DNA from: a virus
Taxonomy: Duplodnaviria > Heunggongvirae > Uroviricota > Caudoviricetes
Direction: 5' to 3' (one strand)
Length of the DNA: 64,000 bases
Virus record (IMG/VR): IMGVR_UViG_3300031998_000001
Span: 45,064 to 109,063 of that record
Shown piece by piece: positions 9,695-18,569 of the stretch. The notes under the pieces are model-generated. The model was not told the origin of the DNA. It saw nothing but the letters and a program-made list of their open reading frames with translations, and did not search any database. The first letter of the stretch is position 1. Every line of letters starts with the position of its first letter. Both the position numbers and the translations under genes were made by a program.

Positions 9695-9834
9695 GGAATG
9701 TGGTCGAAGCGGAATATGACGGCGTTGATGTTATCGATGTGAAGTATGACGGGGAGAATGACCGTGTGGATATGTTCGTATTTCCCCGCGTGGAGAGCCT
9801 GACAATCGAGGCTGTAATTAAGAGAGAGGAATAG
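9688..9834 (+). CDS. Small acidic hypothetical protein (48 aa, absent from ORF track)
   Basis: Translated by hand: MVGNVVEAEYDGVDVIDVKYDGENDRVDMFVFPRVESLTIEAVIKREE*; fills the gap exactly. Confidence 0.55.
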   Translation: MVGNVVEAEYDGVDVIDVKYDGENDRVDMFVFPRVESLTIEAVIKREE

Positions 9835-9836
9835 TT

Positions 9837-10280
9837 ATGGGAACGAAGGGAATACTCGGACAGGTGCAGTTGAACGACCTTGTGGTCGTTGCCGACGCTG
9901 GCGTGGTGAGGGTTGATGCCGTGCATAGGAGGAAACTCGGCTACCACAGGCGGGAGACCGTTATGGCTTGGGCTTGGGCTGACACCGTTTCGGCACTGCC
10001 GATAGACGAGAAGTTTATGGACGCTAACTTCTGGGAGAGGATTTCGGAGAGCGTCTATTCGGATGGGAACGACGGGGCGGAAGTCCTTGCGATGTGGTGG
10101 AGCGAACTCTGCGGGTGCGAGTTCCAACTCCTGTCTGGCGGGAAGTTGAGGATATTCGACCACTGCGGTACGCCAGCCTATGAGTGTTCGGAAGTCCATA
10201 GGCTACAGAACTGGCTTCGGGACAGGGGGGTTGTCAAGTTCGCCAACTCTATGGTAGCGGAGAAACAGAATGCGTTGTAG
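9837..10280 (+). CDS. Hypothetical protein
   Basis: 147-aa ORF, last of + strand block. Confidence 0.65.
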   Translation: MGTKGILGQVQLNDLVVVADAGVVRVDAVHRRKLGYHRRETVMAWAWADTVSALPIDEKFMDANFWERISESVYSDGNDGAEVLAMWWSELCGCEFQLLSGGKLRIFDHCGTPAYECSEVHRLQNWLRDRGVVKFANSMVAEKQNAL

Positions 10281-10312
10281 ATAGCCTATATATTGCGTAC
10301 TGATAAAAAGAA

Positions 10313-10337
10313 AACGGCTGGTCTTGTGCCAGCCGTT
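10313..10337 (-). terminator. Terminator hairpin between convergent blocks
   Basis: AACGGCTGG-TCTTGTG-CCAGCCGTT with A run on the left (U tail on minus strand). Confidence 0.75.
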
Positions 10338-10350
10338 CGTGTATCTTGTC

Positions 10351-10800
10351 CTATCGGATTTCCCTTACTGTTCCGTTCTTCACGGAGTATGTCCCGACTG
10401 GCGTGAGTTCACGGCTTCTTAACACTCCTGTGTCGGTCTTGTACTTCCGTCCGTCCGAGAGTTCAAGGCAGTATGCGTACCAGCGTCCCTCGTATGTCCC
10501 GTCGGGGAGTTCGGATATGTGGTGTCCGAGACCGTTCCCGGACTCTGCCACTTCGGTTGCATCCCCGTTCCTCACCTCATAGTTCTTGAAACTTGACCAC
10601 CGCCTGCTCTGGCGTATGCCGTACGGCAGTGAGAACTTCCGTCCGTCCGCGAGTTCAAACACCCAGTCGTATATGATTGCCCTGTATGTCCCGTCCTGAA
10701 GTTCCGAGAGGGGCGGGTATTCGCTTTCCTCCGTGAAGCCGTCGCAGTCCGCTGGCTTCGCTCCCCTCTTCCACATTGCGAGTTCCGATATTCCTTTCAT
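10351..10800 (-). CDS. Hypothetical protein with internal tandem duplication
   Basis: ELQDGTYRAIIYDWVFELADGRKF vs ELPDGTYEGRWYAYCLELSDGRKY. Confidence 0.7.
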   Translation of the reverse strand: MKGISELAMWKRGAKPADCDGFTEESEYPPLSELQDGTYRAIIYDWVFELADGRKFSLPYGIRQSRRWSSFKNYEVRNGDATEVAESGNGLGHHISELPDGTYEGRWYAYCLELSDGRKYKTDTGVLRSRELTPVGTYSVKNGTVREIR

Positions 10801-10806
10801 AGTGCC

Positions 10807-11349
10807 TTATGATTTGCGTACAAATTCGTATCCGTTTTCCTTGTCCAGCCCTCCTTCGAGGAATGTGCTCCTGACAAACCCCACATAGTGCTTGTATATG
10901 CACCGCCTCGTGAACTGGGACTTTATTCCGTTGAAGTCCCTGACGAAATCGGAGAAGTCGCAGTCGTCCGTGTAGCGTATCGAGAAGCAACTCGTATCAA
11001 GGGGGTAGAACGGGCTTTCCGTGTCGAGCCAGCCCTCCGCGATGACCTTGAGGTTGTACGGTCTGGAACACATCCTGACCACTTCCTCGTCCGTTGCGTC
11101 CAGAGTTATGAACCTGCCGTCCACGAAAAGTTGGTAGTCCTTGTGCTCGTTGAGGTCGAATACGGCTTCCTTCGTGAGTTGTATCCTCCGTATCGTGCCG
11201 ATGTTGTCATCTGGCTCGGACTCCCGCACGAAGATTGTCGTGTCGTCGGAGAGCATATAGTTGCCTCGATTACCGAACCTCATCGAGTCCTCGTTCCATC
11301 TGGTATATGCCTCGTTCAGCATTTCATTGTATCTTTTGATGTGTACCAT
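10807..11349 (-). CDS. CTS-like tagged putative internal head protein
   Basis: N-terminus MVHIKRYNEMLNE. Confidence 0.7.
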   Translation of the reverse strand: MVHIKRYNEMLNEAYTRWNEDSMRFGNRGNYMLSDDTTIFVRESEPDDNIGTIRRIQLTKEAVFDLNEHKDYQLFVDGRFITLDATDEEVVRMCSRPYNLKVIAEGWLDTESPFYPLDTSCFSIRYTDDCDFSDFVRDFNGIKSQFTRRCIYKHYVGFVRSTFLEGGLDKENGYEFVRKS

Positions 11350-11376
11350 AGTGCTATAAATTGTCAATATATTATA

Positions 11377-11874
11377 TTAGAGGGCACAGGACAACTTGCG
11401 TACCACTTCCGCCCCGAATATCTTTCCTATCGTTATGAACATCATATCGTCCATAATGCGTCTTGGTTCGCTGTCATTCGGAAAGTTCCACCCGCCATTA
11501 CAGAAAGCCTCCACGAAACTCCTGTAATAGACCTCGAACTGCCTCATATCGTCGGAGAACTGCGAGAGGTAGCGGGCAATCTCATATCTTGCTTCCGTGT
11601 GGTAGTTTTCCGATGTCATATTGGCGAGCCATACGAGCAGGTCTTCATTGATGCTAATCCTTACTTTCCGATGCAGGGATTTCCCTACATTTTCAAGCCC
11701 GCCAGTTGCGTCCTTCGTACCGCCGTGATAGTTGGCGAGCCTGCGCTCGATGTTTTCCTTGTACCTGTTCCAAGAACTGTCCCCGCGCTCGATTGCTATT
11801 TCGGGGTATTCTTGGCTGAAATAACCAGCAAGGTCGGTGCGTTCGCTTTCGTCAATCCTCCTGATGTGTATCAT
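11377..11874 (-). CDS. CTS-like tagged putative internal head protein
   Basis: N-terminus MIHIRRIDESE; TATAAATA on minus strand at 11900..11907. Confidence 0.7.
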   Translation of the reverse strand: MIHIRRIDESERTDLAGYFSQEYPEIAIERGDSSWNRYKENIERRLANYHGGTKDATGGLENVGKSLHRKVRISINEDLLVWLANMTSENYHTEARYEIARYLSQFSDDMRQFEVYYRSFVEAFCNGGWNFPNDSEPRRIMDDMMFITIGKIFGAEVVRKLSCAL

Positions 11875-11909
11875 AATGTCCTGTGTTCCTATTATGAATT
11901 ATTTATATC

Positions 11910-12176
11910 TTATAATGTCGCGGGGTCTGGAAGCCCCTTGAGCGCATTGTGTATCTCCGAATATATGTAGTGGTATCTTCGGAAGCCTCTGTCCTCGCTT
12001 CCCTGATACAATATGTAGCAGTGGTCGTCAACGACTATATGGGCTATCCCTCCCGCGTTGTCTCGGAGCGATACTACGGAAGTCCATTCGATGCCGTCCG
12101 CGTCGGTGAACCTTATCCCGCGACCGTATTCCTTGTAACCGCCGTCTGTGTATTCCTTGTATTTCTTTATTTTCAT
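11910..12176 (-). CDS. CTS-like tagged small protein
   Basis: N-terminus MKIKKYKEYTD; TATAAATA on minus strand at 12207..12214. Confidence 0.6.
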   Translation of the reverse strand: MKIKKYKEYTDGGYKEYGRGIRFTDADGIEWTSVVSLRDNAGGIAHIVVDDHCYILYQGSEDRGFRRYHYIYSEIHNALKGLPDPATL

Positions 12177-12198
12177 ACAGTTACAGATTGTCAATATG

Positions 12199-12573
12199 TT
12201 ATGAATTATTTATATCCTTGCTCATCTCTGGCGAAAACCTCTCCGCGAGGAACTTCCTCGACTCTTCTGTCAGGAACGACAGCAGGTATGCGAACGGCTC
12301 GTCGTTGTCGGTGTCGTGCTTCGCCCCTATGCAGTTCCAGATGTTGTTCGCCCCGTGGTAGCACTCGTGCATTATAGTGCCGAACTCGAAGTCGCTGTTG
12401 TAGTGTATGAGCAACTTGTGGTCGCAATAGACCGTAAGCCCGTCGCTTGACGAGTATTCCTCTATCGTCTTCTTCCAGTCTCCGTCGTGGAATATGCTCT
12501 CATATTCCTCTTCCGTTGTGCAGTATCCGAGCCAGATGCTCACGGGGTACAGCGTGTCAATCTTCTTAATCAT
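12199..12573 (-). CDS. Putative HExxH zinc metallopeptidase-like protein
   Basis: TIMHECYH…EPFAYL; TATAAATA on minus strand at 12605..12612. Confidence 0.6.
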   Translation of the reverse strand: MIKKIDTLYPVSIWLGYCTTEEEYESIFHDGDWKKTIEEYSSSDGLTVYCDHKLLIHYNSDFEFGTIMHECYHGANNIWNCIGAKHDTDNDEPFAYLLSFLTEESRKFLAERFSPEMSKDINNS

Positions 12574-12618
12574 CGCCTTTCGGTTTTAGGGTTGGTGTAC
12601 GGGTTATTTATAGGGGTG

Positions 12619-13440
12619 CTACAGTTTAATCATATCACCGAACATCCTGTCAATTCTGGGATTAGTCCATTTTATAAAACCTGTCGCTGGGGTGAATGTA
12701 AGTTCGCCGAGATATACCGTTCCGTCAACCTCATAGAAGTCCACCCTGACAAAGTGGAAATCCCGCGAGAGTATGCTGGCGTATTCTTTCATCTGTTCAA
12801 AATGCTCTGGCTTCCTGTCGAGTTTGTTCGGGTTGTTCGGGTGGTCTAACCTTGATATGTTTTTTATACGCCAGTTCATATCATACCAGTTTATTGAATA
12901 TGGGGTGTTGCCGTTGCTCCCTATGTTTGCGTTCACGGTACAATAGGTCGGTGTCCCGTCAAAGCACCAGAACTTGTAGTCTATCGGGTTGCCGATGTGT
13001 GTTTCGGAGAAACAACGTCTTTGTATGTTCAGATAGTGTATCTCCACCGACTTGTCCCCGAACGGGGTATCCAGCCATTGCTGTAACTTTTGCTTGCAGT
13101 CATTCGGGTTTGCTTTGGCTTTATCGTTTACGACAATGTTCATATTCCACCCGTGATTGCATTTCAGCACGAACTTGTCGGGGAGTTCTGCTATGCCGAC
13201 ATTATCGGGGCTGTCATAAATTCTTATGATTGGTACACAGATGTCCTTGCCGAGTTTTTCCATTGAATATTCGTGTACTCGGATTTTGTCCGCGCACCTT
13301 GCACGCAGGTCTATGTCATCATTGAGTTGAAGCCACGCCATCTTTTCGCACCAAGTATGCGGGTTGTCTATGCTGAAGTTCTGAAATCCCCGCGCTGATG
13401 CTTTCTGTAATAGTTTTTGTTTTGTAATATTACTTTCCAT
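12619..13440 (-). CDS. TupA-like ATP-grasp protein
   Basis: FVLKCNHGWNMN, DYKFWCFDG, FVRVDFY, YLGELTFTP motifs; start at MESNIT. Confidence 0.88.
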   Translation of the reverse strand: MESNITKQKLLQKASARGFQNFSIDNPHTWCEKMAWLQLNDDIDLRARCADKIRVHEYSMEKLGKDICVPIIRIYDSPDNVGIAELPDKFVLKCNHGWNMNIVVNDKAKANPNDCKQKLQQWLDTPFGDKSVEIHYLNIQRRCFSETHIGNPIDYKFWCFDGTPTYCTVNANIGSNGNTPYSINWYDMNWRIKNISRLDHPNNPNKLDRKPEHFEQMKEYASILSRDFHFVRVDFYEVDGTVYLGELTFTPATGFIKWTNPRIDRMFGDMIKL

Positions 13441-14227
13441 ATCCAAAATCATTCTTTAAATCCAATGAAACGATAACATCGGACAAGTGCAATGGTTTGT
13501 GTTCTTCTTCCAGTTTTATTGTTGTATAAGACTGCGGTTGCCTTGTCCATATAAAACGAGTGGTTTTGTCATCTTTGTCATAGTCGAAGAAATCGGCATC
13601 AAGTTCGTGTAGTCCCCAATTCTTATATTCGGCTTCGATTATGTGTTTCCAATTAGGGTGGTTGCCATTATGTTTCTTTGCGACTTCGTGGACTATGAAA
13701 GGAAACTCGTTTGTGAAACTGATTTTTGTGGAATATATTATAGAAGCACAGCAGGTGAAGAAACCTGTTGTACCGATGTATGACGGGCTGAACAAATGGG
13801 GTTCGTCTTCGCCTTTGATTAGAGTAGCACCGTTCAAAAAGCCGAACATCTTAAAGTTTACCGAACTGTTAATCGACTGCTTTATTATCTTTAAATTGTC
13901 CTTATGGAAAAAGTCGTCATAGTCCGATACCGTACTAATGATATAGTCATAGTTATTTAAGGATGATTTTATATCGGCGATGATACCGTCATAGGTGAAC
14001 ACTTTAACTTTTATCGGAAACGATAAGGACTTTACATATTCTACATTTCGCGGATTTGTTATGATGGCACATTCGTAATCATCATCTGTTTGATTTTTTA
14101 GCGTGCTTATAAAACCGTTCATAAGAACATTTGTAACATTCTTCTTGTAACCGTCATCAAATATTCTGCCGTCACCAAAGAAATCGAAAAGTAAAAATCG
14201 TGTTGATACCAAATGTCGTATTTTCAT
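13430..14227 (-). CDS. Putative glycosyltransferase-like protein
   Basis: STRF…LKNQTDDDYECAII…SDYDDFFH resembles GT-A/rhamnosyltransferase-like proteins; between two glyco genes; AT-rich. Confidence 0.5.
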   Translation of the reverse strand: MKIRHLVSTRFLLFDFFGDGRIFDDGYKKNVTNVLMNGFISTLKNQTDDDYECAIITNPRNVEYVKSLSFPIKVKVFTYDGIIADIKSSLNNYDYIISTVSDYDDFFHKDNLKIIKQSINSSVNFKMFGFLNGATLIKGEDEPHLFSPSYIGTTGFFTCCASIIYSTKISFTNEFPFIVHEVAKKHNGNHPNWKHIIEAEYKNWGLHELDADFFDYDKDDKTTRFIWTRQPQSYTTIKLEEEHKPLHLSDVIVSLDLKNDFGYGK

Positions 14228-14244
14228 ATTTGTATATGTATAAA

Positions 14245-17200
14245 CTACATTTCATCTTTGGTTTTTGGCTGCCATTTGTCTATGCCTATCTGTGACCACA
14301 ATCGTTTTGCTTCATTCTCAACTCCAACTATTTTGATGCCATTGAAAAAGTTTCTCTCCTTTTCACGCATACCATTCTTATAGAACCGTTTGTTTTCATT
14401 CCATAGTGAATCTGTTTGGCTGTCTTTTATGGCAGGATAATCACTATTGTCCCAGTCGTGCAAGGCATTTATTTTGATGTGGTGTTTCATTAGGTAAGGT
14501 CTCAACCATCCCTCATCGCATTTGGTAACATACTTGTCGCGTAATTCTGACTTTTCATAAGCATCAAACGGATAGATGAAAGGTGGGAAGCAGTTTCGCC
14601 CTCCCATATATGCGTTGTATTCAGATGGTGTTTTTGCTATTTTGGATTTTATGACTTCGTTCCCGACATATTTTACGGATGTTGTGCTATAAACAGTAAT
14701 ACAGTCTGTATGTAGTTTTGCCTGTGTTATTAGTTCATTGACAATGTTCGGCTTATATAGAGTATCATCATCCAGTTCAATGTTATAGCAATAGTTGTAG
14801 TATTTAAAACATTGTTGCTTTTTGTGTCCATATATGTTTTTTGGTATCCATTTTATGCAACTTAATAGACCATCGTTTAAGCATTTAATGATGTGTTCGG
14901 GTAGATTGTCCTTGTCATATTCATCAGATGAGAGCCATAATATTATTCGGTCTGGCTTGCGTGTTTGTTTTGTTAAATTTGATAGCATTACTGGAAGGCA
15001 GTGGTCGCGTTTTTTCCAAGTTGTAATATTGATATGCACGGGTGCATTTTTATAGAACTCTTGTGCATATATTTCAGAATTTCGTTTAAGTCTTTCCTGT
15101 GGTGTGCTCTTTTGCTTATATGTATCGCTTAATGCGGGTGTTCCATTTTTGGTCATAGTGAACGGGAATCCCTTGTTCATAAATCGTTGTTTCAAGTGGC
15201 ATTTGTCGATTATGAATTGAAAGAACATATCGTCCTCATTGGTATTGACTATGTTTTCGTTTATGACACCATATAGGTCATCAAAATATATCGGGTTGTA
15301 TAATGTTGCCGCCCCACAGTTTGTAACCATTTTATCGTGCCTGTATGAAATAGTAGCAACGGATTTGTCCTTGCACCATTCTTGATACAATTCATCTGCA
15401 TAGTTTCTTGTGTATGCCACATCATCATCCGCACTTATGATTGGTACATTTCCATATTTTTCTATTGTTGGTAATACTTTTTTGAATGCCTTGTAGTTCT
15501 CATTTACCCATAATATTTCAAGACCCTTTGTATCCACCAGAGTTAATATTGATTGTGGCAGTTCCTTTTCTTGGTTTGGAAATTCTTTTTTTGATAAAAC
15601 GAGTACAATGTGATAGTTAGGGCACATTTTAAATAGAGATTCGATGCTTTTGTGCGCAATACCTATTCGTGCTTTCCAAGATGTCAGGCTGATAATCGCA
15701 TTTAGTGTAATTGCTTTATATTTAGTAGTTGAGCATTCGATTATCTTGTCTTGTCTTGATTTCTCCACTACGAATTTATTGAGTGTTTTGCGCAGTTCTG
15801 ATTGCATATTTGTATCCGTGTTATGCTCAAGTGAGTTATCTCTGACCCTTCTGTTGTAAAATACATTGTCATCGGTCAATGATTTAGTGTCTGTTCCTAT
15901 TCTATGCAGGAAGTCATAGTCTGCGCTAATTCTCCATTTTCGATACCCTCCATATTCGTTCCATATTTCGTGTCTTACGAAATGGACACCGCACGCTATA
16001 CCTTGATTGTTTTTCTTACCGAAGTTATGATAGAATACTCTAAATACATCAATCTGCTTGCCTTGTTGTTTATTATAGAATTTTTCAATCATATCTTTCG
16101 GCATCACATCGTCACTGTCGAAGCGCAACAGCCACTTGTACTTCGCCTCCTTCATTATCGTGTTGCAGGTGACATAAGTGCCGACATTCTCGTCCATCAT
16201 AAACACGCGCAGGTTTCTGTACTTGTGCATTATGCTCCTGACTTTTTCGAGCGTCTTTTCGCATCCGTCTATGCCGAGCAGGACTTCCCAGTTGCTGTGG
16301 CTCTTGAACCAAGTCTGCGCCTCCACGCTGTCGAGGCACTCCTCTATGTAGTCCTGTGTCTGGTATGCGCTTATGCACACGCTCACGCCTTCGGGGTATT
16401 CGCCGACCTGTGCTGGCGCGGACTGTACGGTGGCTGACTTCGCCGTCTTCGCTTCGGGCTTCGGCTCTTGTTCCGCCACCGCCTTCAGTGCTTCGGCTTG
16501 CTTCTGCGGGAGCACCTTCACGGTGTCCTTCAGCATCCCGTCCAGCACGACCGTTTCGGGCTTCCTGTCTATGTGGACTTCGAGTGCGCCAGCGTTGGAC
16601 TTCGCTACGGTGGCGACATCAATGCCGACAATTTCCGCCACATACCTGTCCTTCTCCTCCGTGTGCTCGTTGAAGTTGAAGAAGAAGCCCACCGTGAGCC
16701 TCCGAGCATCGTCCTTCTTCCCCCGCTTGTTCCTGAAATACTCCTCCGCAGACTTCGTTATGTAGTGGTCAACCCAAGCGCAGTCATACGCCACGCCACC
16801 CCTCGTGTATGTTGACTGGGAGTAGTTTATCCTCTTCCCGTTGCAGTCGATTATGTTGGAGAGGTGGTTGGAGAAGTGGACATTTATCATCTTGAACTCC
16901 TCCCTCCTCGTCGAGAAGAGCATCTTATAGAAGTACCTCCCGTCCTTCGGCTCTACGACCTGCGGGAAACGCTCCCTCACTGGCTTGTCCTCGTAGTGCA
17001 GGTTTCCGCTGTCGGAGTGGCACTTCCAGTAGAGCCTCGTCCCCTCCGCGTTCCTTACCACGCGGGCTATGTAGTCCTTCAGCCCGTTGAAGTCGTCCGA
17101 CACATTGAGGAACTCGTCGCAGTCCAAGAAGGCGAAGTGTGTGAAGTCGCCCCTGTGCGCCCTGTACCACTCGTTGTAGCACTTGAGTTGTATCTCGACA

Positions 17201-17403
17201 TTCCTCTGCAATGCGTTGCGGTATCGGTTGTTGATATGGACATAGGGCAGGTCGCCCACCGCCTCGTCTATCCTTTCCCCGACAAGGTTGTTGTCATATA
17301 TGTAGATTTCATCGAAGCCTATGCCCCTGTGCCATTCGCACCATTCTCGGATGTACCTGTTCTCGCCCTTCGCTATGCAGACGAGTGCTGTCCTTATTTC
17401 CAT
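14245..17403 (-). CDS. Multi-domain glycosyltransferase (about four GT-A-type domains)
   Basis: Domain 1 ALVCIAKGENRYIREW…FLDCDEF (GT92/GT2-like); domain 2 VCISAY…RFDSDD (GT2); domains 3 and 4 ISLTSWKAR…ISADDD and INITTWKKR…IELDDD; TATAAATA at 17435..17442 (-). Confidence 0.88.
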   Translation of the reverse strand: MEIRTALVCIAKGENRYIREWCEWHRGIGFDEIYIYDNNLVGERIDEAVGDLPYVHINNRYRNALQRNVEIQLKCYNEWYRAHRGDFTHFAFLDCDEFLNVSDDFNGLKDYIARVVRNAEGTRLYWKCHSDSGNLHYEDKPVRERFPQVVEPKDGRYFYKMLFSTRREEFKMINVHFSNHLSNIIDCNGKRINYSQSTYTRGGVAYDCAWVDHYITKSAEEYFRNKRGKKDDARRLTVGFFFNFNEHTEEKDRYVAEIVGIDVATVAKSNAGALEVHIDRKPETVVLDGMLKDTVKVLPQKQAEALKAVAEQEPKPEAKTAKSATVQSAPAQVGEYPEGVSVCISAYQTQDYIEECLDSVEAQTWFKSHSNWEVLLGIDGCEKTLEKVRSIMHKYRNLRVFMMDENVGTYVTCNTIMKEAKYKWLLRFDSDDVMPKDMIEKFYNKQQGKQIDVFRVFYHNFGKKNNQGIACGVHFVRHEIWNEYGGYRKWRISADYDFLHRIGTDTKSLTDDNVFYNRRVRDNSLEHNTDTNMQSELRKTLNKFVVEKSRQDKIIECSTTKYKAITLNAIISLTSWKARIGIAHKSIESLFKMCPNYHIVLVLSKKEFPNQEKELPQSILTLVDTKGLEILWVNENYKAFKKVLPTIEKYGNVPIISADDDVAYTRNYADELYQEWCKDKSVATISYRHDKMVTNCGAATLYNPIYFDDLYGVINENIVNTNEDDMFFQFIIDKCHLKQRFMNKGFPFTMTKNGTPALSDTYKQKSTPQERLKRNSEIYAQEFYKNAPVHINITTWKKRDHCLPVMLSNLTKQTRKPDRIILWLSSDEYDKDNLPEHIIKCLNDGLLSCIKWIPKNIYGHKKQQCFKYYNYCYNIELDDDTLYKPNIVNELITQAKLHTDCITVYSTTSVKYVGNEVIKSKIAKTPSEYNAYMGGRNCFPPFIYPFDAYEKSELRDKYVTKCDEGWLRPYLMKHHIKINALHDWDNSDYPAIKDSQTDSLWNENKRFYKNGMREKERNFFNGIKIVGVENEAKRLWSQIGIDKWQPKTKDEM

Positions 17404-17456
17404 ATAAGAGTGTGTTTTGTAGTCATTTATATATTATTTATATATAGTCCTGCGGT

Positions 17457-17951
17457 TTATAGTATCGGTATTCGGCTGTCCTCCGTCACGAACTTGTACT
17501 CCCAGCCCCTCTGCTTGCAGAACATCTCGCACGCCCTTGCCTTCTCGGTGTTGCGCACGAAGGTCTCCGCCTCATACTTGAAGCGTTTCAGGGACTTCTC
17601 CGTGACGCGCTTCGGCTGTTCGGGCTTCGTCAGGTACTTCTTCGGCTTGACTTCGAGGACATAGTGCTTGGTGTTCCCCTCGCCGTCCGTCCTCTCGAAG
17701 TAGAAGTCTGGGAAATACTCGTGGTACTTCTGGTCGAGGGAACTGAAATACTTTACCGATATGCACTCGCTCCCCCACCTCTTCACCTCTGGGGAGAGGT
17801 CGAGCAACTTGCATACGCGGAGTTCCCACGAACTCCTGTATATTATCGGGTAGCCCCCGCAGTATTTCTCCCTGTTGACTGGGGCGTAGTAGCCCTGACT
17901 GTATTTGAGCGACTCGCTCTGCGAGTGCGGTTTGAGTGCCTTTATGTCCAT
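17457..17951 (-). CDS. Head completion nuclease (T4 gp4-like, TnsA-type endonuclease)
   Basis: IIYRSSWE…WGSE…YFPDF…LEVKPKK…WEYKFVTE; TATAAATA at 17978..17985 (-); start MDIKALK. Confidence 0.88.
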   Translation of the reverse strand: MDIKALKPHSQSESLKYSQGYYAPVNREKYCGGYPIIYRSSWELRVCKLLDLSPEVKRWGSECISVKYFSSLDQKYHEYFPDFYFERTDGEGNTKHYVLEVKPKKYLTKPEQPKRVTEKSLKRFKYEAETFVRNTEKARACEMFCKQRGWEYKFVTEDSRIPIL

Positions 17952-18050
17952 AAGTCCCTGTCCTTTGCTGTACTCTATATTTATAATTCGGCTTCCGCCG
18001 TCGGTTTCCCGACATTTATAAATAATGTATATATAGTATCTTATAGCCGA

Positions 18051-18551
18051 ATGAACTTTTCCGCGCATACATACGAAGTGATACTCGACCTCGCAGACAG
18101 GTTCGGGAAGTTCGGCTTCGATATGACGGATGTGCGCATAGCCTATGTGCGCCCAGACGGTATGTCGAACTTCCGTTCATTCACAGACCGAGAGGCACTT
18201 GCCGAATACTTCGGGGACACCGTTTCGACTGGTGCTTTCACGAAGGAGAACGGCGGGTACTGGAAACTCTGCGACTGCACCCTTACCCGCACGCTTCGGT
18301 TTCTCCCGCGCATATCGTTTCGGGTGACCGATGCCTGCGGGAAAAGGAGGAGGATTTCGGAACGCTCCGTAGTTCGTCCGACCGCCACCGTTACGAGGGA
18401 GGCTGATGCGAGCCGTGTTCTCGGAGTGGTCGAGCGCACGCTCGACAGGTATTGCGCGATAGTCGGGGAGGCGGAGAGGCGCACAGCCGAAGGTGTTTTC
18501 GGAGACCTGTGCTTCGGCGACTGGTACTGGAAGGAAATCCATAGATTATGA
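18051..18551 (+). CDS. Hypothetical late protein
   Basis: Start MNFSAHTY, after TATAAATA at 18017..18024; divergent from gp4-like gene. Confidence 0.65.
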   Translation: MNFSAHTYEVILDLADRFGKFGFDMTDVRIAYVRPDGMSNFRSFTDREALAEYFGDTVSTGAFTKENGGYWKLCDCTLTRTLRFLPRISFRVTDACGKRRRISERSVVRPTATVTREADASRVLGVVERTLDRYCAIVGEAERRTAEGVFGDLCFGDWYWKEIHRL

Positions 18552-18569
18552 ATATTTGATTGCTGGCTT

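Noticed and set aside
10655-10990. Apparent frameshift linking this ORF to 10351..10800
   Set aside because: It is only an alternative-frame reading across two intact genes, each with its own start and stop
17457-17951. TnsA endonuclease as sign of a Tn7-like transposon
   Set aside because: No TnsB/C/D or transposon ends; a late promoter and T4-like context favour the gp4 head completion nuclease
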